Below are positions 20,115-31,185 of a DNA stretch of 64,000 bases, in pieces. The number at the start of each line of letters is the position of its first letter. The stretch's first letter is position 1. The position numbers and the translations under genes were made by a program. The notes beneath the pieces are model-generated. The model was given only the letters and a program-made list of their open reading frames with translations, did not search any database and was not told where the DNA came from. Source of the stretch: Naegleria gruberi (lineage: Eukaryota); the NCBI GenBank assembly GCA_000004985.1, contig GG738864.1; one strand, written 5' to 3'.

Positions 20115-20486
20115 AATTTCCTTAAATTTTGTAATTATGAGTAATAAACGTGTGATTCCATTCAATCTTGTTTAACATGAGGCCTTAGAGTCTGAAAACT
20201 TGAATAAATGTTTGGAAGTTTGAATCATGTATAAAAATTCCTTTGGAATGTTTGCACTCCTCAAGCATGGAATAACAAAGAATGTATGTCCATGCACTCT
20301 TAGTCACTCCCGACGGTCTGTCTTAGGGCGTACAAATTTTTCCTCACTAACTGCGTACTATCTCTCTATTTTTATTTAAAAGGCCATTAATCGAAAACCT
20401 CAAATGAAACCAATAACAAAAAAAACTAATCAATTGATTAACTGTTAATAATAGTCATCTATTTAGCTCAAAATATTGAAAAAATC

Positions 20487-21410
20487 ATGTCCGCCTCATC
20501 AAATTCTAATAATTATTCATCTGTTGTAATTGCAGGAGCAAGTGGTAATCTTGGTAACCAAATTGTTAAAGCTTTTCTCAATCAACCAAATGTTAGAACT
20601 CATATTCTTGTTAGAAATGAAAGCAAACACAAGGTTGAAGAATTGATCAAGTTGGGAGCTCACATTATTGAGGGAGATGTAACAACCTCAAGTGTTGAAG
20701 AGTTGGCTCAATCATTCAAAGGAATTGAAGTTATTGTTAGTGCACTTTCTGGTGATCATTCAGTTGTTTTTGATGGTCAACTGAAATTATTGAATGCTGC
20801 CAAGTTGAGTGGGGTTAAAAAGTTTGTTCCTTCAAGTTACGGTTTCAATTTCCAAGATTATTTGCAATTAGGTGATAGTTTACTCATTGATCCAAAGAAG
20901 AAATTGATTAATGATTTGCAATCTCAAAACCAAGTTGACTATCTATTGATTCACAATGGTTTATTCTATAGTTATGCTTTCTTTCCAGGTTTCCTATTCC
21001 AAAAGGAAAATGACACTATTAAATACTATGGAGATTTGAATGTCAAAATCCAATTGACTGACACTTTAGATATTGCCAAGTATGTTGTCGAAGCATCTTT
21101 GAATCCACAATTAAAGAACAAATCCATCAACGTTGCTGGTGATGAAAAGACCTTGGAAGAATTAGCTCACTTGAGTTTCCCTCAAACTCAACTCAAATTT
21201 GAAAAGTTGGGATCCGCCCAAGATTTGAAGAATCTCATCCAGAAAGAAATTCAACAAGGATTGAAACCAGAACAAATTGGTCCAATTATTTATCAACAAT
21301 TACAATGGATTGCAATTTCAGGAGTTGCACATCCACCAAAAACTGATAACGATCTCTTCAATGTTAAACCACTTTCATTGAATGATTATGTAAAAAATCA
21401 AAAACAATAA
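20487..21410 (+). CDS. NmrA-like / isoflavone-reductase-like NAD(P)-binding protein
   Basis: 307-aa ORF with N-terminal VVIAGASGNLGNQIVKAFL (GxxGxxG). Length and pattern are typical of the NmrA/PCBER family. Confidence 0.65.
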   Translation: MSASSNSNNYSSVVIAGASGNLGNQIVKAFLNQPNVRTHILVRNESKHKVEELIKLGAHIIEGDVTTSSVEELAQSFKGIEVIVSALSGDHSVVFDGQLKLLNAAKLSGVKKFVPSSYGFNFQDYLQLGDSLLIDPKKKLINDLQSQNQVDYLLIHNGLFYSYAFFPGFLFQKENDTIKYYGDLNVKIQLTDTLDIAKYVVEASLNPQLKNKSINVAGDEKTLEELAHLSFPQTQLKFEKLGSAQDLKNLIQKEIQQGLKPEQIGPIIYQQLQWIAISGVAHPPKTDNDLFNVKPLSLNDYVKNQKQ

Positions 21411-21745
21411 ACCCTATCCTGTACTATAGTAACGTTAATATTAAATCACCTACAAATTCTCAATTTTTAACAAGCTTCTTCATTGCGCTTATCATTGATG
21501 GCAAAGAAAAACGAATAATTAATCAATTTAAAAAAAACAAACAACAACGCGTCGCAGCGAAAAGCGAGGAAAACTCTGTGTTTTTTAATAATAGGACCAC
21601 ACAACAACAGCAAGTTACTTGCCGACTACAATAGTACACGTGGTGGATCATCAGAAAGAGAGGATTATTTTAGATCGGCTCGTTTTTTATATTGTGTTAT
21701 ATTCTTCTGTATTATATATTTAGTTGTAAATAGTTTCGGAAGGAA

Positions 21746-24493
21746 ATGAACATTCTCTTCTTGGTTGATACATCTTCATCGATGAATCAACTCACAACCA
21801 ATGGGATGAAATTGATTGATATTTCCAAGCATTGTATTGAACATTTCATCAAGAATAGACAAAAACATTTAATGCACCAACAAAAAAGGGATAATTATCT
21901 ATTGGTAACATCTGGACAAAAGGTAGTTGTTGGATGGAAAGATGCCACGGAATCATCATGTTTCCTTCAAAGATTGAAATCCCTAAAGGCTAATGATTTG
22001 ACTGAAATTGGGCCATCTTTGAAAAAGTCTTTTGATGTTTTAAATCAACATCGGCTTCAAAAAGGAGTGGACCATTATGGCATGGGAAGACATGCAAGTG
22101 CTGTAGAAAATTCTGCTATTGTTTTAATTACGGATGGTGAAAGATTAACTCAATCTGTTAATCCATTCGACCAAAGAGTATTTGTAAATCAATTTTTGGA
22201 TGCCAACAAATTGACACTCCCTAATCCACATTCATATTCTACAAAATTGACAGAGGAACCATTTAGATGGGATCAAAGAGTGTTCAGTATTATTTTACAA
22301 TTTCAAGCTGTTGGTACTTCTTTGACAACTGTTTCTCCATCAGCTTCACTTAATCCCTCATTGGCCAATCAACAACAACAACAAGCCAATTTGACAAATC
22401 AAACACCAACTATTACAGATAATCCAATAGCTCCAATAAGTGAAGTTACAGGTGGCTTATCGAGAACTTTCTCAAATATGGTTTCTCTCCTAAAATTTAT
22501 GGATGATTTATCTGGTGTTCAGCTTGCTAGACCTTCAGTGGTTGTAAATTTTGACATTGTAAAAACATTGAATAATAAGCAATCCAGTGTTTTCCCTCCA
22601 ACAAATAATGAGGGTCTAGGAAAAACTGTACTACAATATATTACTCAACCTCAGCAAAGAGAATCCTTTTGGCCAATACCAGAGAACTATCTTCCAGGTG
22701 CTAACATGACAGAACTGCCAACAAGAAGAGCTCAACCATCTATTTCTTTACTATATACTGAAAAGAATGATATTCTTTTGACAATGGCTCTTAACAAATT
22801 CCCAATTTATGATATTTTTGAAATCAGTACTCAAAGTCCAATTGGAAAATATGTTATTCAACAGTCAAGCAGAGAAGGATGCTATAAAGCCTTTGTAACA
22901 AACAGTACTCCGAGTAATTATGGATTTGGAGAAAGTTTTGGATTTTTAAAGAAGATTGCTGTCCAAAATAGTACTGGAGAAGTTGAAAATAAGATTTATT
23001 TCTACCTTCTGCCATATAACTTTTTGAGATTATTTTATTTGATGAATGAGTTTGTTGTAACCCACAAGTCTCAACCCTCAGCTGCTTGGATCCAACAGTT
23101 CCATAAATTTGTACAGAATCTCCCTGCCTACTATATCAAACCACTTAAATCAGCGATGAACAAATGGTTTGGAGCATTTGCCCATTTCCCTGATGTACCT
23201 TACGAACTACCAAGCTCATTACAACTCTATTACAAGCAACTAGTTGATGAGGAGAAACGATTTAACAAAGATATGGAATTAGAGGAAAGTGGATCATCTA
23301 CCAATGTAAATTTACCAAATGACTCACTTCCAAAAAATGACGACCAAATGCAAGATCCTCCATCCTTCCCAATAATCAGTTTCACAAATCCATATGTTGC
23401 CAAAAAGGAAACCAATAATTTAATTAGAAATCCATTCGATATCGACAAAACATCACTCCTGAAACAAATGAAAATGATGAGCCAGTACCTTTTCCATTCA
23501 GTTGTTGTAGAAGTTCCAGAAGATGCTGACCATTCTAAAATACCTTTGGATCAACATTTAAGAGATTTATCAAAAGAAGAAATTAAGAAACACTCCACTC
23601 CAATATCTCAAATGGGTAACTTTGATAAGGTATTATTGTCTAAGGAGGTTTTGAGAGACCCATTCGAGCCTCAAAAGCAGAAACAAGTCAACTTTGGAAG
23701 CCCATATCAGAAAAAGAAAAAGAGATTGAGATCAATTCATATGAACGCCCCATTACTTCTCGATAAATTAGTTGATGAATCTGAGATGGATCTGAAACAA
23801 AAGGAGGAGGAAGAATCATCAGAATTTGATGCAAAGGTGGAATCAATGCTCTTATTAGAACCAAACATTGCCGATTCAAATGTATCATCAATACCAGTTG
23901 AACCTAGTTCAGCTCCACTTGAAACACACGAACCTTTTGAAACAGAGTTAGAAAAGATTGAACCAGTTCCACCAATTATTGAAGATGCTGTTCCAATTAT
24001 TGTAGATGATGTAATACCTGACCAATATGCAGCCCTAACACAAAGTAGTACTAAGCCACAATCCCCTACCTCAAATCTTCCTGGTAAAGCGGCCAATTTT
24101 AGACCTCCATCAACCAATAGAAAATCTAAAGCTAATCCTCAAAAAGAACATGCTCAATTATTTGTTGATAGTTTCCAAAACAACCATGAATGTTTACAAT
24201 TTGTTTCTCAACTTCCTGACCCTTTACTTTCAGCTGTTGTGACGAGAGTAATGCAACAAGAATTAACAGATGGCAAAAAGAAACAACAACTAGATGCCAT
24301 TAGATCAAAGATAAGAAAAAGAAAACGTAAAGACATGGAAGAATTGGAAGAAGCAAAAGATATTACTTCTGATATTAATAAGGTTCATTTCCCAACTAGA
24401 GAAAGTAGGACAGTCTTTGTTAGAGAAATAATCGCTATAGCCGCTTTATTTAAAAAAACCAAACTAGCTCAATTATTGACAGAAGAGCTCTAA
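21746..24493 (+). CDS. Integrator complex subunit 6-like protein (N-terminal VWA domain)
   Basis: 915-aa ORF. The start MNILFLVDTSSSMNQ plus AIVLITDGERLT gives a VWA MIDAS-like pattern, as at the INTS6/DDX26 N-terminus. The conserved-looking C-terminal block is REIIAIAALFKKTKLAQLL. Confidence 0.6.
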   Translation: MNILFLVDTSSSMNQLTTNGMKLIDISKHCIEHFIKNRQKHLMHQQKRDNYLLVTSGQKVVVGWKDATESSCFLQRLKSLKANDLTEIGPSLKKSFDVLNQHRLQKGVDHYGMGRHASAVENSAIVLITDGERLTQSVNPFDQRVFVNQFLDANKLTLPNPHSYSTKLTEEPFRWDQRVFSIILQFQAVGTSLTTVSPSASLNPSLANQQQQQANLTNQTPTITDNPIAPISEVTGGLSRTFSNMVSLLKFMDDLSGVQLARPSVVVNFDIVKTLNNKQSSVFPPTNNEGLGKTVLQYITQPQQRESFWPIPENYLPGANMTELPTRRAQPSISLLYTEKNDILLTMALNKFPIYDIFEISTQSPIGKYVIQQSSREGCYKAFVTNSTPSNYGFGESFGFLKKIAVQNSTGEVENKIYFYLLPYNFLRLFYLMNEFVVTHKSQPSAAWIQQFHKFVQNLPAYYIKPLKSAMNKWFGAFAHFPDVPYELPSSLQLYYKQLVDEEKRFNKDMELEESGSSTNVNLPNDSLPKNDDQMQDPPSFPIISFTNPYVAKKETNNLIRNPFDIDKTSLLKQMKMMSQYLFHSVVVEVPEDADHSKIPLDQHLRDLSKEEIKKHSTPISQMGNFDKVLLSKEVLRDPFEPQKQKQVNFGSPYQKKKKRLRSIHMNAPLLLDKLVDESEMDLKQKEEEESSEFDAKVESMLLLEPNIADSNVSSIPVEPSSAPLETHEPFETELEKIEPVPPIIEDAVPIIVDDVIPDQYAALTQSSTKPQSPTSNLPGKAANFRPPSTNRKSKANPQKEHAQLFVDSFQNNHECLQFVSQLPDPLLSAVVTRVMQQELTDGKKKQQLDAIRSKIRKRKRKDMEELEEAKDITSDINKVHFPTRESRTVFVREIIAIAALFKKTKLAQLLTEEL

Positions 24494-24508
24494 TTATAAT
24501 GTACAGCT

Positions 24509-27500
24509 TTATTCATTCAAAAATTCAAAACTTGACTCTTCTTGATTCTCAGTTTTTTCTTCCTCCTCATTTCCAGCAATGAAATCAAACGATGATTTTT
24601 CTTCGCTAACTGGTTCTGATTCAGTTGGTTCTATAGTTGATTCAATAATTGGGACTTGTTCAGTTGGTTCTTCATCTCCTGATGCGATAAAATCAAAGGA
24701 CGATTCCTCTTGTTTTGGTTCTTCTTCATTTTGAGACTCTTCAGAAATAAAATTGAAGGATGATGGTTCAGTTGTCTCTTCAGTTGGTTCTTCAACTTGC
24801 TTAGCTTCTTCAACAACTTCTTCAACTGGTTCTTCTTCAGTTTTAATAAAATCGAAAGAGGTTGATTCCTCAACTGCTTCATTATCGTTACTGTCATTGA
24901 AGGTTTGATATTCTTCAACATGTTGCTCTTCTTCTTGTGGAGCCTCACTAACAGTAGTAGTGGCAACGGCTTCTGTTGATTCTTCTACTTTTTCTTCCTT
25001 TTCAGTAACCTTTTCTTCTACCAACTCTTCTTCCACCTTTTCTTCCTTTGGTTCTTCAGGAGGAATTTGAGATTTCAATTCTTCAATTTTAGTTTTGACT
25101 TCTGCAATCTTAACCTTTGTTTCTTCCAATTGTTGGTCCAAAACTTCACATAAATCAAATTGCTCCTTTTCTAAAGCATCATTGATATTGTCATTAATCT
25201 TACTTTCTGATTTCTTCAATTCTTCAAGATTAGATTCTAATTTTACAAGCTTATCCTTTGGAGATAAATTTTCCTCAACAACTTTGACTTCATTAACTTG
25301 GACTTGTTGTTGTTGATTTGGAGATTGCTCTTCAACCTTTTCAATAACTGGAGTTTTAGGTTTTGGTACCTCTGGACTATTGATTGACTTTTTCATTTCG
25401 AGCAATTCCTCATCTGATAGTGAAATAATTGACTTAAGCTGTCTAACTTGATAATTGAAAAGAGCAATTAATTCATCAATAACATCAAATCTCAACTTGA
25501 GTTGTTCAGGTGCTTCAACTTCTAAAAGCTTTACGCGATTTTTTTCCAAGAAATCTATTCTCTTCAAACACAATCTAATGAATCGTTTAGAATCCACCTT
25601 ATCAACTTGTTCAAGTCTGTTGTGGGTAGCATCAAGTTCTTGGGTCAATCCTAGCTTTTGTTCCTCCAATTGTGTTTGTTCTTGCTTTAAGCTTGGGATA
25701 CTTGATTCAAGTTCCTGAATCAATTTGGTTAATTTATCGCTTTCTTCTTTACATTGAGCAGCTTCCTTAAATTTACGTGCTTTAGCATATTCAAGCTTGT
25801 CTGCCTGTACTTTTGGCAATCTATCATTTGCTCTTTGAAGTTGTTGAGTTGAGTTATCCAATTCCATTGAAACAGATGAGAGATGAGATTTGAGGGTAGA
25901 CAATTGTTGACTGAGAGCTCCTAATTCCTTAATTATTTGAGGTCTACTGTCATTAGGTGAACCTGGACATTCTTCCAGTTTATCCAATTTTTCAACCATG
26001 TCAATTATTTGTGAAACTCTTACTTGTTGGGTTTGTAGGTAGTCCTTGTATTGTCTCTTATCCATCATGGCATCATATTTCTTGGTTTCTTTGGTTTCAA
26101 TATTGGTCAAGTCCTTATTAAGAGTTGCAGAAAGTTTTTCAAACGAATCAACATCATCCAAATAATTTTGCTTTCTCTTTTGGAATTGTTCCTCATCATA
26201 AGATATCAACTTGAGTTGTTCATTAAAATCTTCCTCATACTTCTTGATTTTGTCTGTAACATCACTAAGTAAAGAAAGAACAGTCTTTTGTTCTGCTCTC
26301 TTTTCTTTCAACTTTCTTTCAAGTTCAGCAATTTCTCTAGAGATTTCTTCATTTTGATCTCTTAAATTATCTTCTTGAATTCTCAAATCCTTTGTAGAAT
26401 AATCAATTTGGTCAGTAATTCTTGTCTTTCTCTTTTGGAATTCATTCTCTTCCAATTTAATGCTTTCACCCATTCTCTTGATACGATTAGTTTCTGATTC
26501 TAATCTTTCACGACGTAATTCCTTCAATGGATTATTTTTCTTTAAAAAGTCATCATAATCCTTCTTTGTTGTTGTAAATGAGAAATCAACTCTTGAGTAA
26601 ACAAGATTGATTTCCTTCTTCATTTCAGTCAAAGTCTTAGAAATTGCAGAAATATAAGAATCGTTATTTTTCTCGGTCACTTGAATTTCTTCAATTTTTG
26701 TTCTCAACTCTGTTAATTCTTGTTCAATTTGTTCAGCCTTCTCGAATTCTTCCTGTTCAGTATATTCATCAAGTAATTGTTCGAGAGATTGAATTTTTTC
26801 TTGAAGAAGAGAGAATTGGTTCTCCTTCTTTTCATCAATCTTCTTTTGTTCTTCATCAAGCAATTTTGAAATTCTAGTTGAATATTTTGTAAGAGATGAA
26901 TTAATTGTAGACTTGATGTTTATCCAATCATTATCTACTGTTTCCTTTTCCTCCTCAATAGTTTCCGATTTGAAGGAATCTCTTCTTGTTGGTTTTTCCT
27001 CCTTGATTGATGTAACAACTGGACTTTCAATATGCTTTACAGGAGTAGAAGCTACAGGAGTTGAAGCAGAACCAACTTCAGAACTTGAACTACCTCTATC
27101 AAGTCTTCTTGGCTTGACTTGTAAAGAAGCAAAATCAATATCATCAGAAGGGCTTGAGGATTTTCTTGGTTCTGCAACTACTGGTGATGGTTTTAATTTT
27201 GGTTCCTCATCCTCAGTAGTCTTCAGAAATGATGAAATTGTAGAATCATCTTGTTCCTCATCCTCATTAGTATTACTATTGTTATTTGATTGAATGTGTG
27301 TTGTTAATTGAGAGCTGTGATTCAACTTAATATTATTTTCAATGTTTGAAAATGTTTTTTGAGCCATTGAATATTCTCTATCCAATTCATCACTTGTTTG
27401 ATCCAATTGTTTTAATTCTTCATCAACCTTGCTATTTTTTGCATTCTTTCTTCTTCCTTTTCCTACAGATCGATTGATTTTAATTTGACCAGGAATTGGT

Positions 27501-27908
27501 TGAATATTTTCAGGTTCATCTTGAGGTGTTGTTGCAGAGGTTGTTGTATCATCATCGTTAATAAAAGAAAAAGAAGATCCAGTATCGTGAGTTGAAACTG
27601 TTGGTGTGACTTCTCTGTGGCTACTGAGTCTAGAAGAACTTCCGGATGATGTACTGTTTTGAAAATAATGTTGTTTTTAAATATTACTACTTTGTTTTTA
27701 AAACCTACGAGTAAGTAGAAGTATTTCCGTAGTTGCTTGAATGTACTGTCATTCCTCCAAACAATTCATCTCCTTGATTTTGTTGATTTATAGAAGAAGG
27801 TGACGAAGAAGCAGCTGTTCCCAAAGGTGGTTCATACTCGGCAGTGCTCTTAGTTGGAGCATTATTCCGTTGTTTTGAATTATTACCTCTACCGAAGAAG
27901 CCAAACAT
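24509..27908 (-). CDS. Large coiled-coil protein with six acidic SSFxF(I/L) motifs, 2 exons
   Basis: Exon 1 is 27709-27908 and exon 2 is 24509-27653, separated by a 55-nt intron (gtaggt...aaacag), giving about 1114 aa. The centre has long heptad-like E/K/L/Q-rich stretches. The motif occurs once near the N-terminus (SSFSFIND) and five times in the acidic C-terminal 130 aa. Confidence 0.65.
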
Positions 27909-28123
27909 GCTTTACTTTCAAGATTTTTTTTATTGATGATGTAATTACTCATAGTACCCAGCAATTACTCATAATGAAACACAGTAAAGATTATTTATCA
28001 TCAAAATATGATTTAGATAATAGAGAACATTTTACAATCCTAATGAAACTACCCAAGAAGAAAAATTATACAAGGAAATTATAATTTAGAGTTTTGCTAG
28101 TTGATGTATTATTAATAATTAAA

Positions 28124-28638
28124 TTATTCAATCTTTGGGTTAACTGGTGGACGGAATTCAACACCCAAAACGTGGTGAGCGCATGATTCAAAAGCACTTC
28201 TTTGTGGATAACAATCTAATATAAATTATATTATTATGTTTAAACATTCCGATTCATTAATTAATTCCTTACCTTTGTAGTCATATTCACGCTTTCTCAG
28301 ACATTCAACGAGAGTAGAGAACTTTGGTTGACAAGGAGAGTTCATAAATTCAGAAGCAAGACTGAAGACACATTTACGACAGTTAATGCTTTCCTTCAAA
28401 CAATCTACAATATTATAATATTAATTCGACAATTAATGTTGTGTGATGAAAAATAAAATAATAATTTTGATGATCGTCAAATTAAAACACTATTGCGAAA
28501 TTTACCTTCTGGATTTTCGCTCTTTGATTTACATTTCATATATTCAGTATTTTCAGTTGAACACTTGGTCAAGAGAGCAGGAGCCAAGGCAGCAATGACA
28601 GCGGAAGAGTCAATAGAGTATTGTTCGGTGGTAGACAT
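28124..28638 (-). CDS. NDUFA8-like complex I subunit (twin CHCH domains), 3 exons; one extra base
   Basis: Exons are 28506-28638, 28272-28404 and 28124-28215. The product has four Cx9C motifs: CSTENTEYMKC, CLKESINCRKC, CQPKFSTLVEC and CYPQRSAFESC. The total is 358 nt, and the frame holds only if one A of the AAA run at 28319-28321 is ignored. Confidence 0.65.
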
Positions 28639-29082
28639 TTTTTTCGTGTAATTACAACATCGCAACAATAAGAGAAGGCTTTAAAGTATTGCAGTCTACT
28701 GATTGAATTCTCCTACATGATGGTTTGGAATGAAGAAAAGAATAGAATAATGTACAATCAGTTGCATCATACATGTTTTCTTCTTAGTAATCTTCAGCTC
28801 AGTCACAATGAATAAAATTATTGTCTATTAAAATATTTGAAAGGCCAATAAAAAACTGCAAAATTTTATGAAAAACTAACTTGTTAAGGTAAAGAATTAG
28901 CATTAATAAACACTAATTTTACAAAGTTACAAAAATTGTGTATGTGAAAATTGTACATCAACACTATTCCTTGTTCATTGACTGTGGTTATTCCGTTGAT
29001 GCTTTGTGTTCAATAACAAAAAGGAAAAACAATAAAAAAGAAATTGAGGAGGGAAATACAAAGCCAAAAATAACTCAAAAAA

Positions 29083-30435
29083 ATGGCAGACGATCTATTA
29101 ATGAGTTTTATGTCTATCACAGACGAAAACAACGTTGAAACTGCTCAACATTACTTGGAAGCAGCTGGATTTGATTTGGAGACTGCTGTAGAATTATTCT
29201 TCTCTAATCAACCTGCAAGTAAATCCAATTCAAGTGCTACTACTACTACAAGTAACAAGCCTACAATACCCTCCGATTATGAAGATATTAGATCACCTAT
29301 TCCGCAACAAGCCTCCAGACTGTATGACTCATTTCAAGGAAATGATTATTCCTATGATAATTCTCAATCCTATTCTGTACCATCTTTTGTAACTTCAAAT
29401 CAATACAACAATAGAGCAAACCAACAATTCCAATCATCAAGATTAACAAAACACGGTGATGAATTTTCGGAAATGTTTAAAAAGCCAGATATTGTATTTA
29501 AGGGAAGTTTTGATGCTGCCAAACAAGAGGCTGAAACATCAGGAAGATGGCTTATTGTAGAAATTCAAAAGGATGATATTTTTGACTGTCACAGAATGAA
29601 TAGAGATACTTGGAATCACGAAGTTGTGAAAACAATTGTGGATACATTCTTTGTTCTTTGGCAAGCTGATGATGGAACTAATCAGGCTGAATTATTTAAA
29701 ACAAGATATCGTATTCGTTCCTATCCTTTCGTTTGTATTATTGACCCAAGAACTGGAGAAAATATGAAGACTTGGGAAGGTAAATATATCGATGCCAGCA
29801 CAATGGTAGATTCTCTTCAAAACTTTGCCGATAGTCACTCACTTATGGATCACCTTCCTTCACCATCTCCAAATACTTTACATACTCCAAATCCATTCGA
29901 TAATATTCCAGTTCAACACCTTCCTTCAACAACGGCAACAACAACAACTAGTCACCATACTGATATGTCAACAGGTGATGAAACAGAGGAAGAAATGATT
30001 AGAGCTGCTATTGAGGCTTCACTCCAAGAATCTAATGCCATGCAGGACGATGACGTGCAAATTTTAGATAGTTTCCCAATTGCTCAACCAACAACAGCCA
30101 CTAATACTATATCGACACCAGTTGTTCAAGAACCACCAAAACCTCAAGAAACACCTGACAAGCAAGTTAATGTTTCCGATTTTGTCGTTGAACAAGGAGA
30201 TACAACCAGAATTCAAGTTAAATTACCAGACGGAAAGAAGGAAGTTATTAAGATTTTGAAGAGTGCTCCATTGGCAGCTGTTTATGCTGTCTGTAGACAA
30301 AAATTAGGAGACAGTGTACCATCATTTACCATTACTTATTTTGACAAGACTCAAAAGACTTTGGAAAATACCTTAGAAAAAACTTTAGGAGGAGAAGGAA
30401 TTTTAGGAGCTGCTTTATCAGTTGTTCCTGAATAA
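29083..30435 (+). CDS. UBX-domain protein (UBA-like, UAS/thioredoxin-like, UIM, UBX; UBXD7/Ubx5-like)
   Basis: 450-aa ORF. It has an N-terminal UBA-like helix bundle and a UAS region (FKGSFDAAKQEAETSGRWLIVEIQ...). A UIM (EEEMIRAAIEASLQES) and a C-terminal UBX-like beta-grasp (TRIQVKLPDGKKEVIKIL) follow. Confidence 0.7.
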   Translation: MADDLLMSFMSITDENNVETAQHYLEAAGFDLETAVELFFSNQPASKSNSSATTTTSNKPTIPSDYEDIRSPIPQQASRLYDSFQGNDYSYDNSQSYSVPSFVTSNQYNNRANQQFQSSRLTKHGDEFSEMFKKPDIVFKGSFDAAKQEAETSGRWLIVEIQKDDIFDCHRMNRDTWNHEVVKTIVDTFFVLWQADDGTNQAELFKTRYRIRSYPFVCIIDPRTGENMKTWEGKYIDASTMVDSLQNFADSHSLMDHLPSPSPNTLHTPNPFDNIPVQHLPSTTATTTTSHHTDMSTGDETEEEMIRAAIEASLQESNAMQDDDVQILDSFPIAQPTTATNTISTPVVQEPPKPQETPDKQVNVSDFVVEQGDTTRIQVKLPDGKKEVIKILKSAPLAAVYAVCRQKLGDSVPSFTITYFDKTQKTLENTLEKTLGGEGILGAALSVVPE

Positions 30436-30570
30436 ATGACAAATCCATTACTTTAAAGAAAGTGTATAGCGTAAATACCATTTAAATCATCAAGAAGCAA
30501 AAAACAAATTAGCTCACGATCGTAGGTGACAATAATAAACAAGTAAAATGTCAAAAAACTAAACACAAAT

Positions 30571-30928
30571 TTATTGGTGCTTGGCGAGCAATTCCTTGAC
30601 GAGAGCAACGTATTGTTCCATGGCATCTTCCTTGGTCATACCTTCCTTACCCTTCCAGGCGTCCCTATTTTAATATTGTTGTTATTAATAAAATATCATT
30701 TTAAAACAACTTACCATTTAGCTCTATCCTTCATGTAGAAGATAGATGGTTGATCAGTGTTGCAATCACCAACAGTAGCTTGCTTGTACTATAAAATTAT
30801 TAGTTGATGACATGATGAATATTTAAACATACCAAAGAGTACAACAAAAGGAGATCATCATTGGTTGGTCCAGAGGTCAACTTCTTGATGTCTTCAGCAG
30901 CTTGAGTGAAATCTTCTTGCAAACCCAT
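30571..30928 (-). CDS. Acyl-CoA-binding protein (ACBP), 3 exons
   Basis: Exons are 30833-30928, 30715-30788 and 30571-30664, totalling 264 nt (87 aa). The product reads MGLQEDFTQAAEDIKKLTSGPTNDDLLLLYSL|YKQATVGDCNTDQPSIFYMKDRAKW|DAWKGKEGMTKEDAMEQYV. An in-frame upstream ATG at 30988 would add 20 residues. Confidence 0.85.
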
Positions 30929-31185
30929 TTTTATGTGTTGTTGATTTTTTGTTTTTTGAAAATTTATTTTCCTTCTTCCGAAGGCCATTTAATTCGGCCC
31001 AAGACAAGTCATCAAATTTTTAGTCCGTTGTTGATTGTCGACGTTGTAAAGTTGCTTTCAGTTTATTGGTTTGAATTATCAATTAACAGCTTTGGCACGT
31101 CAAGAGTTGAGGATGGCCATTAATTGCATGAAAAGTTTCTTAATTGTTAAATTGTCTAATTTGCAATATTTTCAAATATTAAAAA

